Source: the human T2T-CHM13v2.0 reference genome, Homo sapiens | Reading direction: 5' to 3' (one strand) | DNA: 64,000 nt | Assembly: GCF_009914755.1 (NCBI RefSeq) | Contig: NC_060935.1 | Shown here: in pieces, positions 17,513 through 38,330 of the stretch | Layout of the letters: each line of letters starts with the position of its first letter | Position numbering within the stretch: position 1 is the stretch's first letter | Made by a program: the position numbers and the translations under genes | The notes under the pieces: generated by a model | Told to the model about the DNA's origin: nothing | Databases searched by the model: none | Seen by the model: the letters and a program-made list of their open reading frames with translations, nothing else

Positions 17513-18380
17513 TGAATTTTTTTTAGGTTCTACCTATAAGTGAGATCATGCAGTATTTTTCTTCCTGTGTCTGGCTTATTTTTAAGGTCTTCCAGGCTTC
17601 CGTCATATATATGTACCAGTTTCTTTATCCATTGATGGACGCTGAGGTTGTGTCCATATTTTTGCTATTGTTAATAATGCAGTGAATGTGGGAGTGCAGT
17701 TATCTTTGTGAAGTGGTGATTTCATTTCCTTTGGGTATATGCCTAGAAGAGGGATTGCTGGGATTATGATTACATTATGAAGATAGACTATTCAGGATTT
17801 GCTATTGAATCAGAAGTAGAATGTGATAGAGACTAGTCAGGGATGACACTCAGATTCGTGTTCTGATCAATTAGAAGGATATGTTCACTGCGATAGGGAA
17901 GACTGTAAGAGAAATAGTTTTTGGAGAGATGGTTGCAGAGAGATCAGAAACTCGGTATTGAATAAGTTAACTTTGAAATATCTGTTAAACATCCATATGG
18001 TAATGTTGAGTCTGGAGCTTAAGAGAAAGAATGGAGCTGGAAAAATATGTTTGGCAGCTTCAGCATATAAGTGGTTTTTAAAGCACTGACACAGGCTCTA
18101 ATCACCAAAGTAATGATTGGAGATAGAAAAGAGGACAGATCCAAGGATTGGCCTAGGGCATTCTGATATTTCATTGTTAGAAAAATGAGGAGTCGTCTTT
18201 CATGAGAAGGGAGAAATGATCCAAGAGAATGTTATGTGCTAGAAGACAAGTGAAAAAAGTACTTTCAGGAGGAGGGTGTGATCCGCTGTTTTTAAATGCT
18301 GATAATAAATAAGATGGAGATAAACCATTGTCTTCAGCAACATGGAGGTTGCCAGTGACTTTAACAAGAACAGTTGTGTA

Positions 18381-19001
<621 letters not shown>

Positions 19002-19194
19002 ACCTCACTTGAGAATATTGATAATTATAATATGACAAAGAACTTGCTAAAGTCTTTGACTAGGCAAATTCTGTTTGGCCAGATATACCATTAGAAATAA
19101 AAACTAACATATTTTTATGTGTTTTGGGATGTATAAAAATTTATCTGTAAATTTTCAATATTAAAAATATTTTATTCCAAATTATTTTTTGCAG

Positions 19195-19259
19195 GCGTAT
19201 AAAGCAGTTGTTAATGATGCTACCATATTTAAACTTGAATTACCTTTGAAGCAGAAGGG
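19195..19259 (+). CDS. CUL5: Cullin-5 exon 11 (AYKAVVNDAT...LKQK+2)
   Basis: ttgcag|GCGTAT ... AGG|gtaagt; 65 nt. Confidence 0.96.
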
Positions 19260-20075
19260 GTAAGTTTTTTAAAACCATACTTTAAAAATACTTAAATTTT
19301 CTTTAGTGTAATAGGGGTTAACTAGGTATACAAAGTACCCTGTTAGGTTTATTTTTGTTATTGTTAGTTTTGTGACTTTTGCAGCTTTTGGCTATTAAAG
19401 TTCATTTATAATTTTTTATTAAATTATTTTACAATACAAAAATTGACTTTATTTTTTCAGGTAAAAAAAAAATATTCCTAATCTTTTAGGATCTCTACTT
19501 GTTTTTCCCTCATTAGTCACTAAAAGTATTCTATTACCCATAGAAGCAGAGAAAATGACTCAATTTACCATAATGTTATAAAAAGAACTCAGTTTAAATG
19601 TAAATTTTCCTATTACCGTTTTAAAAAATTGTTCTATAATTGGTAAGATGAATATGCCTGTGCTAAGCCTAGCTTATAGAAAATCTGACAACTGGAATCT
19701 GAGCTAGTTATAGCACTTTCAGAGTAGTACTAAATAGCAATAAAGGTTAGTTGAAAAAAGTCTTTTGATGTGCTTCTAGCTAAGAATTACCATTTTAAAG
19801 AAATTTTATATATAATGCTAAAATATTTGAAAAATACTGAAAAATAACGTTTCTTAAGAAGGAAAAATAATCAGGTATTTTTCATTTAGTGTTTTCATTT
19901 TGTCTTTTCTGAGCAGTGTATGTTGCTTGAGTAATATTACAGTGGAAGACATCTGAGTCATACCATATTATAATATTGATATATTTTAGAAGGGAATATG
20001 TTCTCTTTTATAAACTGTGAAATATGTGAAACATATAGCACTGCATCTTGGCCATCTCTTCACATGAGTAGATAG

Positions 20076-20527
<452 letters not shown>

Positions 20528-20599
20528 TAAGTGTATTTCTAAAGAAGTTGCAGGCATCAGTAACCTTTAGTCCCTAAACACTTCAGCATACAGTCATTT

Positions 20600-24240
<3,641 letters not shown>

Positions 24241-24517
24241 TTCCATAACCTCACTATGCTGAATAGCAGTTTGGCACTCTGTCTGGTAGATACACTATAG
24301 CTTATTTAACTGGTCCTTTACTGCTGCATTAAGTAGTTTCCGATGTGTTGCTATTACTGTTAGTGCTACAGAGGATAATATTGTACATTGAATATTTGTG
24401 AATCTTTATCTACAAGATAGAGTCCCAGAAGTGAGGATTGCTGGGTTTCTCTTAGTTTTCTGATTCTAAGGTGACTATGTCCTACTTTTAGCTCCACATT
24501 AAAGTAGAACATTTCTA

Positions 24518-24789
24518 GGCTGGGTGCCATGGCTCATGCCTGTCATCTCAGCACTTTGGTAAGCCAAGGTGGGAGGATTGTTTAAGGCCACGAGTTTAAG
24601 ACCAGTCAGGGCAATGTAGTGAGACCCATCTCTACAAAATGTTTTAAAAATTAGACGAGCATGATGGTGCGTGCCTGTAGTCCTAGCTATTCAGGAGGAT
24701 TGTTTGAACCCAGGAGGTCAAGGCTGCAGTGAGCTATGATGGCACCACTGTACTCCAGTCTGGGCAACAGAGTGATACCCTGTCTCAAA
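24518..24789 (+). mobile_element. AluJ
   Basis: Diverged dimer; TSD aaagtagaa.atttct. Confidence 0.85.
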
Positions 24790-24890
24790 GTAGAAAATTT
24801 CTGTGGAGTAGAGTAAGTATCATTAGCTGATCCAGGCAGTAGAATAGGTGGTGTGGCTATTGGAGGTGTGGAGGAGGTGATGTTCTAGAA

Positions 24891-25109
24891 CAAGCTTGTC
24901 CAACCCTGCGGGCTGCATGCGGCCCAGGACGGCTTTGAACGTGGCCCAACACACACATTTGTAAACTTCCGTAAAACATTATGAGATTTTTTGGCGATTT
25001 TTTTTCTTTAGCTCATCATCTGTCATTAGTGTTAGTGTATTTTATGTATGGCCCAAGACAGTCCTTCTTCCAGTGTGGCCCAGGGAAGCCAAAAGATTGG
25101 ACACCCCTG
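24891..25109. mobile_element. MER30 (hAT-Charlie MITE)
   Basis: Termini caagcttgtccaa...ttggacacccctg; 8-bp TSD ttctagaa/ctttagaa. Confidence 0.85.
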
Positions 25110-25749
25110 CTTTAGAAGAATAAACTGATAGTAGCATCCAAGTTATTTGGGAGACTTGCTTCTGAGGAGGAGTGGAGTAGTTTGTGGTAGACCAGTGCTG
25201 CTGCTGAGAACAACTAGAAAATCAGGTAAATGTAAAAAATAGTAATTTCATGTTATTTAAGAGCTATAGAAACAGCTATGACGAAGGATTGAAATGTACA
25301 GAAATGCCAGATAAACCTTTCAGAGGTTACTTGAGGATTTGTAACTGTGTTTCCCTAAGGAGACGCAGCAGCTGAGAATGTAGTTTTGGCCTAGGCTAAG
25401 CAATACTGCTGGGGGGCAGTAGATGTTTTGGTGGTCACACAGGACTGGAGTAACAAAACCCATTGGACACTGAATTGAAAGTCCAGGAGGGACATATCTT
25501 CGATTCAGTGGCTAACCCTGGAGATGGACTGATTCCCTTTCATAGCAAAGGATGAACCCATTCTTAATGCAAGATAACATCATCTTGTTCTTGTGTGATT
25601 CTTATATATACAGTGTCCAGTATTCAGTACAACATTACTAGTCCTATGAAGACAGATAAATTAATGACTTAACTAAAAGAAAAATCATTTTAGAAGCGAT
25701 CTCAGGTGATCCTGATGTTGGAGTTAGCACATAAGGACTTTAATTAATT

Positions 25750-26985
25750 AAGATTAATAGCTTAACCACAATGAGCTATCACTTCATACCCAGTAGGATG
25801 ACTAAAATAAAAAGGACAGATATAACACGTGTTGGTAAGGATATGGAAAAATTGGAATCATATTGTTGGTGGCACAGCTGCTGTGAAAACAGTTTGGTTG
25901 TTCCTCAAGAAGTTCAACATAGGCTGGTCCAAGTGCAGTGGTGTTTACAACTAATTAATCACAACCATTTACAGATGTAGTTGTTCCTTCTCCACTCCCA
26001 CTGCTTCACTTGACTAGCCTTTCAAAACAAACAAAAGAAGGTCAACAGAGTTGCTGTATGGCCCAACTGTTCTACTCTGAGGTGTATACCAAAGAGAAAT
26101 GAAAACATACTTTCATTCAGAAACATGCTCATAAATGTTCATAGTAGAGTGGCATTACTCTTAATAGTCAAAAAGTGTAAACAACCCAAATATCCATTAG
26201 TTGCATAGATAAGCAAAGTATGCTGTATCCATACAGTGGAATATTATTCAGTTCTAAGAAATGAATTATTATTCTGCTATATGCTACAAGGTAGATGAAC
26301 CTTGAAAACATGGTGATTCAAATAAGCCAGACACATAAGGACAAATTTTGCATGAATATGGTTGTATGAGGTATCAAGAACAGGGAAATCCATTGAGACA
26401 AAAAGTAGAATAAAAGTTACCAGGGGATGGGGAAGGGGGGGATGGGAAGTTACTGTTCCATGTATACAAGATTTCTGTTTGGGATAATGAAGAAGTTCTA
26501 GAAATAGATAGCGGTGATGTTTGTACAGCATTGTGAATGTACTTAATGCCACTAAATTTTACACTTAAAAATTATTAAAATGATAAATCTTTTTTACTCT
26601 TAGTAAAAGATATGTGTTAAAAAAGGAATGAACTACTGGTACATGCTGTGACACATGGATGAATCTTGAAAACTTGATGCTAAGTAAAAGAAGTGGGTCA
26701 CAAAATACCACTTATTGTATGATAACATTTATCTGAGATACCCAGAATCAGCACATCCATAGAGTAGACTAGATGTTGCCCAGGCCTGGGAGGTGAGAGG
26801 AGGATAGCTAGAGAATGGGATTTGACTGCTGGCAGGTGTGGGGTTTCTTTTTGGGGTAATGAAAGTGTTCTAAAATTTTATTATGGTGATGATTACGCAA
26901 CCCTCTGAATATACTTTAAAAGCACTGAATTGTACATTTTAAGTGAGTGAATTGTATGGTTTGCGAATTATATATCAGTAATTAT
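25750..26985 (+). mobile_element. Two L1MB-like 3' ends (first hosts the Y3 retrocopy)
   Basis: Typical L1 3' region (aaacaacccaaatatcc...gataatgaa..gttcta...cactgaattgtacattt). Confidence 0.75.
25922..26034 (+). pseudogene. Y3 RNA (RNY3) processed pseudogene
   Basis: GGCTGGTCCAAGTGCAGTGGTGTTTACAACTAATT...CACTTGACTAGCCTTT matches hY3; A-rich tail; degenerate TSD aagaagttcaacata/aagaaggtcaacaga. Confidence 0.92.
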
Positions 26986-28675
26986 TAATAAGCTTAGATA
27001 ATAAATAGCAATGAAGATATAATACATATTAATGGATAGATGGAAATTGTTATCTGAGGAAAGAAAGTGTCTAAAACCATATATAATTGGAGTCATAGAG
27101 CATAGAAAAGAGGGTATTAACCAATATTTGAAATGGTATTGACTAAAATTTTCCAAAATTGATTTAAGATTTAAGGGTGTCTGTGAATCCCAAGTGGGAT
27201 AAATACAAATTAAACCATTCCTAGGTACATCATAGTAAAACAGCTTACAACTGAAAACAATAATAAAACTTTTAAAACAGCCACGGGGGAAAAATAACAC
27301 ACTACCTTCAAAGTAACAATATAAGACTAATAGCTAGCTTGTAATCCCAGCTAGTTGGGAGGCTGAGGAATGAAGACTGCTTGAGCCCAGGAGTTCAAGA
27401 CCAGCCTGAGCAATGTATCTAGATGTCCATATCAAAACAAAAATAAAAACTGATAGCTGTCCTCTTGATAGGTTGAATGAAGGAGGGAGGTAGATCACTT
27501 TGATTGTTACAGTAGTTCACACCTGAGCCAGGCATTGCAAGGAGAGATGGATGGATTCTCATTAAGTTAGTGGAGTATGGCTACCTAAGGGAATACAGAA
27601 AGACTTCCCTAGAGCATGCCAGTATGGATACTTTCAAGGGAAATCCATTTCTAAATTTTCAACTTCCACATTCACTCTTTTCTAAAATTCCACCCTGTGA
27701 TGGAAGTATCACAGCAGTTTTTCCTTTCTGTTTCTTTCACAATTACCCATTCCCAGTTCGCAAAGAAAGGCATACCTCTCTTGATTCTTACTGTGGTGCT
27801 TTGCCTCAGAATGTAGCAGCCTTCAGATGGCCTAAGACAGGAATATTTTGAAATACTGGTATTGATGTACATAGAATTCATTTTTAATGAGTTAGGTATC
27901 AGATCCTAGTCAGATAGTTTCTACTTCTTTGCTTTCAGCACAATTGATGTTAGCTATTATTTTTGTGTTCTCTTTTTATTTTATTTTTTTCATTCCTCAC
28001 CTAACTGGTAGATGTTAGCCATTCTTTAAAGATGGATCATTAAAAATAAATTTTAATATTAGATCAGTATGGATTTTTTTGTTTTGCAAATGGCTCAGGA
28101 GGTGTTCAAATAATTGAATGATATAATAAGAAAAACATATTCTAGTCTCATCTACTTATTTATGTGAATAAGACTTCTCAGGGCAAAGACATACATTTAT
28201 ACAAATAAAAGAAATTATGCTGATTCCTGGATTTATAATTGGGAGGAAAAAAGTTTCATCCACCCCACTAAGAGTTGATGCATCCAGTAAAATTTTACAT
28301 ATGCATATATTTTATGTATGTGTATGCACGATGTAATTGTTGTTTGGATTATTTGTATACTTAAAATTTGGATAGCTCAATCCTTGGAAAACAATACTTG
28401 AATTTTATAAGCACAAGAAATTTCAAAATCTTCAATTTAAATTTATTTACATATATTTTTAGAGAAGTAGGATTAAAAAATAAATGTAAGACTTTCAAGC
28501 ATGAAAATACAATATACTGCTGGGTGCAGTGGCATGCACCTGTAGTCCCAGCTACTCAGGAGGAGTCCAGCCTGGACAATATAGATAGTGAGACCTTGTC
28601 TGAATTTAAAAAATTTTTTAATTTGTGTATGTTTGTGTCTCAGTTATTTTTTAAAAAAACAATATGCTCTGTTTA

Positions 28676-28992
<317 letters not shown>

Positions 28993-29255
28993 TTTGTATC
29001 AGGAAAGTGAAATGGAGATACAAATTCTTTATTGCTTAGGAAGAATTCATTTATAGTTTTTTTTTTAATGCATGATGGTATATATATCATCATTATGGAA
29101 TGTAGGTTATATTGGATACATTTTAAAGAGTGAAATAACAGTTTTAATATATTAATCATAAAAAGTTTTAAATGTTAACATAAATATCCAAGAATTTAAC
29201 AGTTTTTCTAAAGTATTTTAACAGATTTCTGAAAAAAAATTTTAATTATCATTGC

Positions 29256-29424
29256 CAAGGTCAGCACTAGGGTGAGGCAAGAAGGCACCTAGAGTGCAAA
29301 ATTGAAGAAGGTTCTTACTCTCAGGATTCTGCAAGTGCAGCATCAGCACTTAGGGGAACGTAAAAGTGAGTGCCTCCCTAAATTAGGCACCCTAGGATGC
29401 TTGCTTATCCTAGTTCCAAACCTG
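29256..29424. mobile_element. MER96-like palindromic hAT MITE
   Basis: actagggtgaggcaa ... ttgcttatcctagt inverted arms. Confidence 0.65.
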
Positions 29425-29535
29425 ATCACTAGATTATTTAACATGAGAAATTCGCTTGTGAATCATTGACTTTAGAAAAAAATAATTGCAAACATTAATC
29501 ATTTTTCCATCAACTGCTTTTAATTTGTTTTTTAG

Positions 29536-29668
29536 GGTGGGATTAAAAACTCAGCCTGAATCAAAATGCCCTGAGCTGCTTGCCAATTACTGTGACATGT
29601 TGCTAAGAAAAACACCATTAAGCAAAAAACTAACCTCTGAAGAGATTGAAGCAAAGCTTAAAGAAGTG
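29536..29668 (+). CDS. CUL5: Cullin-5 exon 12 (VGLKTQPESKCPELLANYCDMLLRK...LKEV), start of cullin homology domain
   Basis: ttttag|GGTGGG ... GTG|gtacat; 133 nt; ORF track 29486-29734. Confidence 0.97.
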
Positions 29669-30500
29669 GTACATGAATTTTTTGTATTTCAACTTTTAAA
29701 ATTACCTTACTTTGAATTTGTGTTTTGCTTATAGGACTTTCTGTGATAGTATCAATTTAAAAATGTATTATCTGTAAAGAACTAATGTTACGAAGATTTG
29801 CAGTGCAAGACCTCTCGGGGGGTTATTTTTCTTTCTGAAAATTTTTATTCTACAGCTTCTTGAAAGGAATACCATTTAATTCCTCTCCTTTCTTGGTTAT
29901 TTTTAGGAATTAAGTTCTAGCTACTAATACAGGACATATCATTCCAACAAATTTGGAATGATAGTTGACAGATTGGGAGTTTTTCACTCCTTCCTTTTTG
30001 TGAGAGTCCAAGATAGATAGCAAGGGATGAATGAGAGTAGATTAAGTAGTTGTTTTCATCTTTGTCACCCAGTTGTTAGTGTAATGATGTAAGCCCAGGA
30101 ATACAAACAAGAAAAAAAATAAGATATTGGGCAAGTGTAGACAGAAAGGCCGAGAGAGATGACTAGTGTCAGAAAAAAAAGTGAAAAAGATAAGTAGAAG
30201 AGACACTTTGCAGGGGGACATTGATTTTTTTCATGTAAAGTATATCGTTGCATTTTATACAAAATCTAAAAAACTGATATTTAGACCGACTAACAATTTG
30301 GTTATAGTCTCAGTTTTGCTAACCTTTAAAGTAGTGTATCAGGACTGGGTATTTCTCAGAGATGGATAATTCAGTAGGCCTCTATCTGTATATGCTCATA
30401 AAAGTTTCTGACTTGTGACAATTGGTGGATATAGAAAGGTCTAAATTCGAGAGATGGTAAGAGTATATAAGAACTGAAAGTAACTTTATTTTTCATACAG

Positions 30501-30632
30501 CTCTTGGTACTTAAGTATGTACAGAACAAAGATGTTTTTATGAGGTATCATAAAGCTCATTTGACACGACGTCTTATATTAGACATCTCTGCCGATAGTG
30601 AAATTGAAGAAAACATGGTAGAGTGGCTAAGA
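30501..30632 (+). CDS. CUL5: Cullin-5 exon 13 (LLVLKYVQNKDVFMRYHKAHLTRRL...EWLR)
   Basis: atacag|CTCTTG ... AGA|gtaagt; 132 nt; cullin KDVF..Y...L..RL motif. Confidence 0.97.
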
Positions 30633-30762
30633 GTAAGTAAATTTTTTTAAATATTTGGTTTTCTAATACATTACATCATTTATATGTGTGCTTAAGTAAT
30701 ACATTTTGGAGATATTGTTAATGTCAAAGAAGTAGGAAACATTTTATAAGAATATAGCGTCA

Positions 30763-31107
<345 letters not shown>

Positions 31108-31216
31108 TTAATACTTTCAGTAAAGTATCTTTGTTCTTGAGTTGTTTCTACTGTTTCACTCCCATTTGTACCTCAACTCTCATTTAAACTGACCTTATTA
31201 ATAAATAGACTACAGG

Positions 31217-31522
31217 GGCTGGGCACGGTGGCTCACACCTATAATCCCAGCACTTTGGGAGGCCAAGGCAGGTGGATCACAAGGTCAGGAGATCGAGACC
31301 ATCCTGGCTAACACAGTGAAACCCAGTCTCTATTAAAAATACAAAAAAATTAACGAGGCGTGGTGGTGGGGGGCCTGTAGTCCCAGCTACTTGGGAGGCT
31401 GAGGCAGGAGAATGGCATGAACCCTGGGGGGCGGAGCTTGCAGTGAGCTGAAATCGAGCCACTGAACTCCAGCCTGGGTGACAGAGCAAGACTCCATCTC
31501 AAGAAAAATAAAATAAATAAAT
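31217..31522 (+). mobile_element. AluY-like
   Basis: Full dimer; TSD aataaatagact.cagg. Confidence 0.88.
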
Positions 31523-32044
31523 AGACTGCAGGACAAATTATTATATCTTTAAGGTATTTTCAGTACTAAATGCTTAACTTTAGAGATGTTTATAAATGAT
31601 AACAATAAATACTTCTGTATAGCAAAAAGAACCTTTAAATGATGGCCTATTTAGGGTAATCAATGCTGATTATAACTAAATTCCCATATAAAGTATTTTG
31701 AGTTCTTTTTTTGTTTTAATTATTAAAGTAAATATCTTTAATTTCTGTGTATGTATATAACTCTCTCCACATATATATGGAGAGAGAGAGAGTGCGAGCA
31801 AGCACACACGAGAGAGACCTACAGATATTTTAACTTATAGCTAGCCCTTCGCATGGAACTTTAGGATAGTAAAAATTACTGTGCTAACTGAAACTGCTTA
31901 GTAGGAAAAAGAATGATTATTCTGTGACTTTTTAAAACTATTGTCAAAAGACTCAAAACTCTTACTGTCACTTATAAGTATATAGGAAAAAGGGGAAAAT
32001 AGCAAAACTAATACATATTTACTACGAGAAACCTTTAGAATTAA

Positions 32045-32360
32045 ATTTTTTTTCTTTCTTTCTTTTTTTCTTTTTTTTGGAGATGTAGTCTTGCTGTGTT
32101 ACCCAGGCTGGATTGCAGTGGTGCAATCTTGACTCACTGAAACCTCTGTCTCCCAGATTCAAGCAATTCTCCTGTCTCAGCCTCCTAAGTAGCTGGGACT
32201 ACAGGTTTGTGCCATGACGCCTGGCTAATTTTTGTATTTTTAGTAGAGACACGGTTTTGCATGTTGGCCAGGCTGGTCTTGAAATCCTGGTCTTAAGTGA
32301 TCCGCCTGCCTCGGCCTCCCAAAGTACTGAGATTACAGGCGTGAGCCACCACACCCGGCC
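32045..32360 (-). mobile_element. AluS
   Basis: Full antisense dimer. Confidence 0.88.
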
Positions 32361-32419
32361 TATGTTATTTCTTTGTTAAAAAAAAAAATATCAAGACCCA
32401 ACAGTAAAATGACAAACAA

Positions 32420-32700
32420 GGCTAGGCATGGTGGCTCACACCTGTAATCCCAGCACTTTGGGAGGCTGAGGAGGGCAGATGGCTTGTGCTCAGAGTTTGA
32501 GATGAGCCTGGGCAACGTGGTGAAACCCCATCTCTACAAAAATTTAAAAAATTAGCTGGGTGTGATGGCATGCACCTTAGTCCCAGCTGCTTGGGAGGCT
32601 GAGGTGGGAGGATCGCCTGAGCCTGTGAGGTGGAGGTTGCATTGAACAGAGATCTTACCACTGTACTCCTGCCTGAGCAACAGAGTCAGATCCTGTCTCT
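32420..32700 (+). mobile_element. AluJ
   Basis: Dimer whose tail has become (CA)n. Confidence 0.85.
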
Positions 32701-32704
32701 CTCA

Positions 32705-32706
<2 letters not shown>

Positions 32707-32747
<41 letters not shown>
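32707..32747. repeat. (CA)20 microsatellite
   Basis: Perfect dinucleotide run. Confidence 0.95.
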
Positions 32748-34190
<1,443 letters not shown>

Positions 34191-34711
34191 AAGAGTAGTT
34201 TGAATAGCTTTTGCCTTCTTGTGTAACTTGACAGAGTAAGCATCTTTTCTTTGCCTTGGAGAGTTGTCACACCCCCTGTAATTTGGATGATCTTCTAGCA
34301 TTTTATCTTTTGGGCTGTCAGTGTCATGAAATACTGAGAATTCCTTTATAGCATTTTTGCCAGGATCACTTCTTCTAGGGTATCTTATCTTTTTTGTCAC
34401 TCACCACTTTTATCTTTTATGTTGGTAATTTGCTTTCACTAAGTTCCTCAACACTGGCATTGTCAGCCTTACTACCACAGTCAGCTTTCTTCTATAACTC
34501 CATTTATGTTCTATTTTATTTTCATTTCCAGCATTATCACTTTTCATTTCCTGTTTACTTTTATATCTTTGCCAATTATCTTGTTTGATTATTCTTTTTT
34601 GTAAGTAGTCATGTGGGTTTATTACTGGAAGACAAGGATGCAATGAAACTGCATACTTTGCTGTCTGCAGTTTAACTGAATAAACAAATGACTAATAGGT
34701 TGTGTTTACAT

Positions 34712-35005
34712 TTTTTAAAAATTTATTTATTTAATTTTTTCAAGCAACAGGATCTTCTGTTGCCCAGGCTGGAGCGCAGTGACACAATCAGAGCTTAAAC
34801 TCCTGGGCTCAAGCAATCCACCCACCTCAGCCTTCCGAGTAGCTGGGACTATCTCGGCAGTATGCCGCCATATCCTGCTAACTTTTAAAATTTTTTTGTA
34901 GTGATGGGGGTGTCACTGTGTTGCCCAGGCTGGTCTTAAAATCCTGGCTTCAAGTGATCCTCCTGCTTCAGCCTCCCAAAGTGCTAGGATTACACACCAT
35001 GCCAA
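34712..35005 (-). mobile_element. AluJ
   Basis: Diverged antisense dimer. Confidence 0.8.
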
Positions 35006-35405
35006 CTAATAGATTTTGAAAGAAGTATTGTGGTTAGTCATTGTTACTTTTGTCATGATTTGTGGATCAAAGAGCTAGAAATAAAGTTTTTACTTCATGC
35101 AGTTAAATTTATTATATAGTGTCAACTGAAAGTTGAGCTTTGTTCTTGGGGAATTGGTATTATTTAACTGTACTGTGGTAACTGAAATTCATACATACTA
35201 AAAATGCGCAAAGCAGGGACCCCTTGTAATACCGTATTTTGTTTCTAAGTAGCAAATTTCATAGGTATTAGACAATAAAATTCTAATAAATGAGAAAAAT
35301 TTTGTATTAAAACATTTAAGACTTAGTTTTTCTATTAAAATTTTTCCCAGTAATATATCAGATTATGTATTTATTACCTCTTCCTTCTTTGGTTTATATT
35401 TATAG

Positions 35406-35529
35406 GAAGTTGGTATGCCAGCGGATTATGTAAACAAGCTTGCTAGAATGTTTCAGGACATAAAAGTATCTGAAGATTTGAACCAAGCTTTTAAGGAAAT
35501 GCACAAAAATAATAAATTGGCATTACCAG
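35406..35529 (+). CDS. CUL5: Cullin-5 exon 14 (EVGMPADYVNKLARMFQDI...LALP+1)
   Basis: ttatag|GAAGTT ... CAG|gtatta; 124 nt. Confidence 0.97.
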
Positions 35530-35826
35530 GTATTATTTTATAATTACATGTATATATTTTTTAAACTTAGAAGAATATCTTTGTTTTCCAGTAAATTAAA
35601 AATAAACCTCAGCAGTAATAGATCGAAAGATGTTATGAAGTCCATTTCCGTGGAGACAGCTATCAAAGCAGTGTGTTAGATTTACAGATCTTTATTTCAA
35701 AACAAAAGGACACTTTTAACAAAATCTTTATAGTCTTATTGATTTTTCACCCAAAGTTACCCTGTATTTATTTTGAATTTTATCCATTGTTAATTTACTT
35801 TATATTCCTGATATTCTTCTCTATAG

Positions 35827-36002
35827 CTGATTCAGTTAATATAAAAATTCTGAATGCTGGCGCCTGGTCAAGAAGTTCTGAGAAAGTCTTTGTCTCACTT
35901 CCTACTGAACTGGAGGACTTGATACCGGAAGTAGAAGAATTCTACAAAAAAAATCATAGTGGTAGAAAATTACATTGGCATCATCTCATGTCAAATGGAA
36001 TT
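35827..36002 (+). CDS. CUL5: Cullin-5 exon 15 (ADSVNIKILNAGAW...HSGRKLHWHHLMSNGI)
   Basis: ctatag|CTGATT ... ATT|gtaagt; 176 nt; ORF track 35673-36014. Confidence 0.97.
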
Positions 36003-36544
36003 GTAAGTAGATAGTGTGTTAGTTATTTCAGCTTTCAGTTTGGATGAAAGTAGCAGGACTCCGCAGAATTGCTTAAACAAAATAGATTTTTGCCTCTCTC
36101 ACATGTAAAAGTTTGAGCAGAAATAGTGAATTTTTTTCATGAAGTTGATAGGGACATAGGCTTCTGGTTATACCATCATACTTAAGATACTGCCGTTGTC
36201 TACAGAATTCAACATGATCCCAACTATCTCAGTATTCCTGGCAACAGAAAGCAAAAGGTGAGGGTAGCTTACACCTTTCATTAGGGACAACTTCTAGAAG
36301 TTTCCTCTGTCATTTTCCATTTGCATCCGCCAGTACTCAGTCACTTGGCCACATTTTGTTACATGGAAAGCTGGGAGATGAGCGTGTATTCTGGGCAGTC
36401 ATTAACGTCTTCTAAAATGTTTATTACTGTGAAAGAGTGGATACTGGAAGACAGCAACCTTTTTCATATATAAATTCATGTCATAGATATTAAGAGAGAA
36501 TCATCATGAGATTCTTTATTAAAAATCTGTTTTATCTATTATAG

Positions 36545-36706
36545 ATAACATTTAAGAATGAAGTTGGTCAATATGATTTGGAGGTAACCACGTTTCAGCT
36601 CGCTGTATTGTTTGCATGGAACCAAAGACCCAGAGAGAAAATCAGCTTTGAAAATCTTAAGCTTGCAACTGAACTCCCTGATGCTGAACTTAGGAGGACT
36701 TTATGG
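36545..36706 (+). CDS. CUL5: Cullin-5 exon 16 (ITFKNEVGQY...LRRTLW)
   Basis: ttatag|ATAACA ... TGG|gttggt; 162 nt. Confidence 0.96.
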
Positions 36707-36828
36707 GTTGGTTTATGTTTTTTTGTTTTTAAGACTGTATCCTCTCATGTAGCAGGAAATATATGATTGGCTTGTAATATATTAGTAAATTCATAACAGT
36801 TTCAGAATGTCTTATCAAGAAAAATAGA

Positions 36829-37505
<677 letters not shown>

Positions 37506-37567
37506 TTTTTTTTTTAAAAAAGAGAAAGATTGAGTTGGTATTTAAGTGTTACCTGTGAGGAATGTGA

Positions 37568-38330
<763 letters not shown>

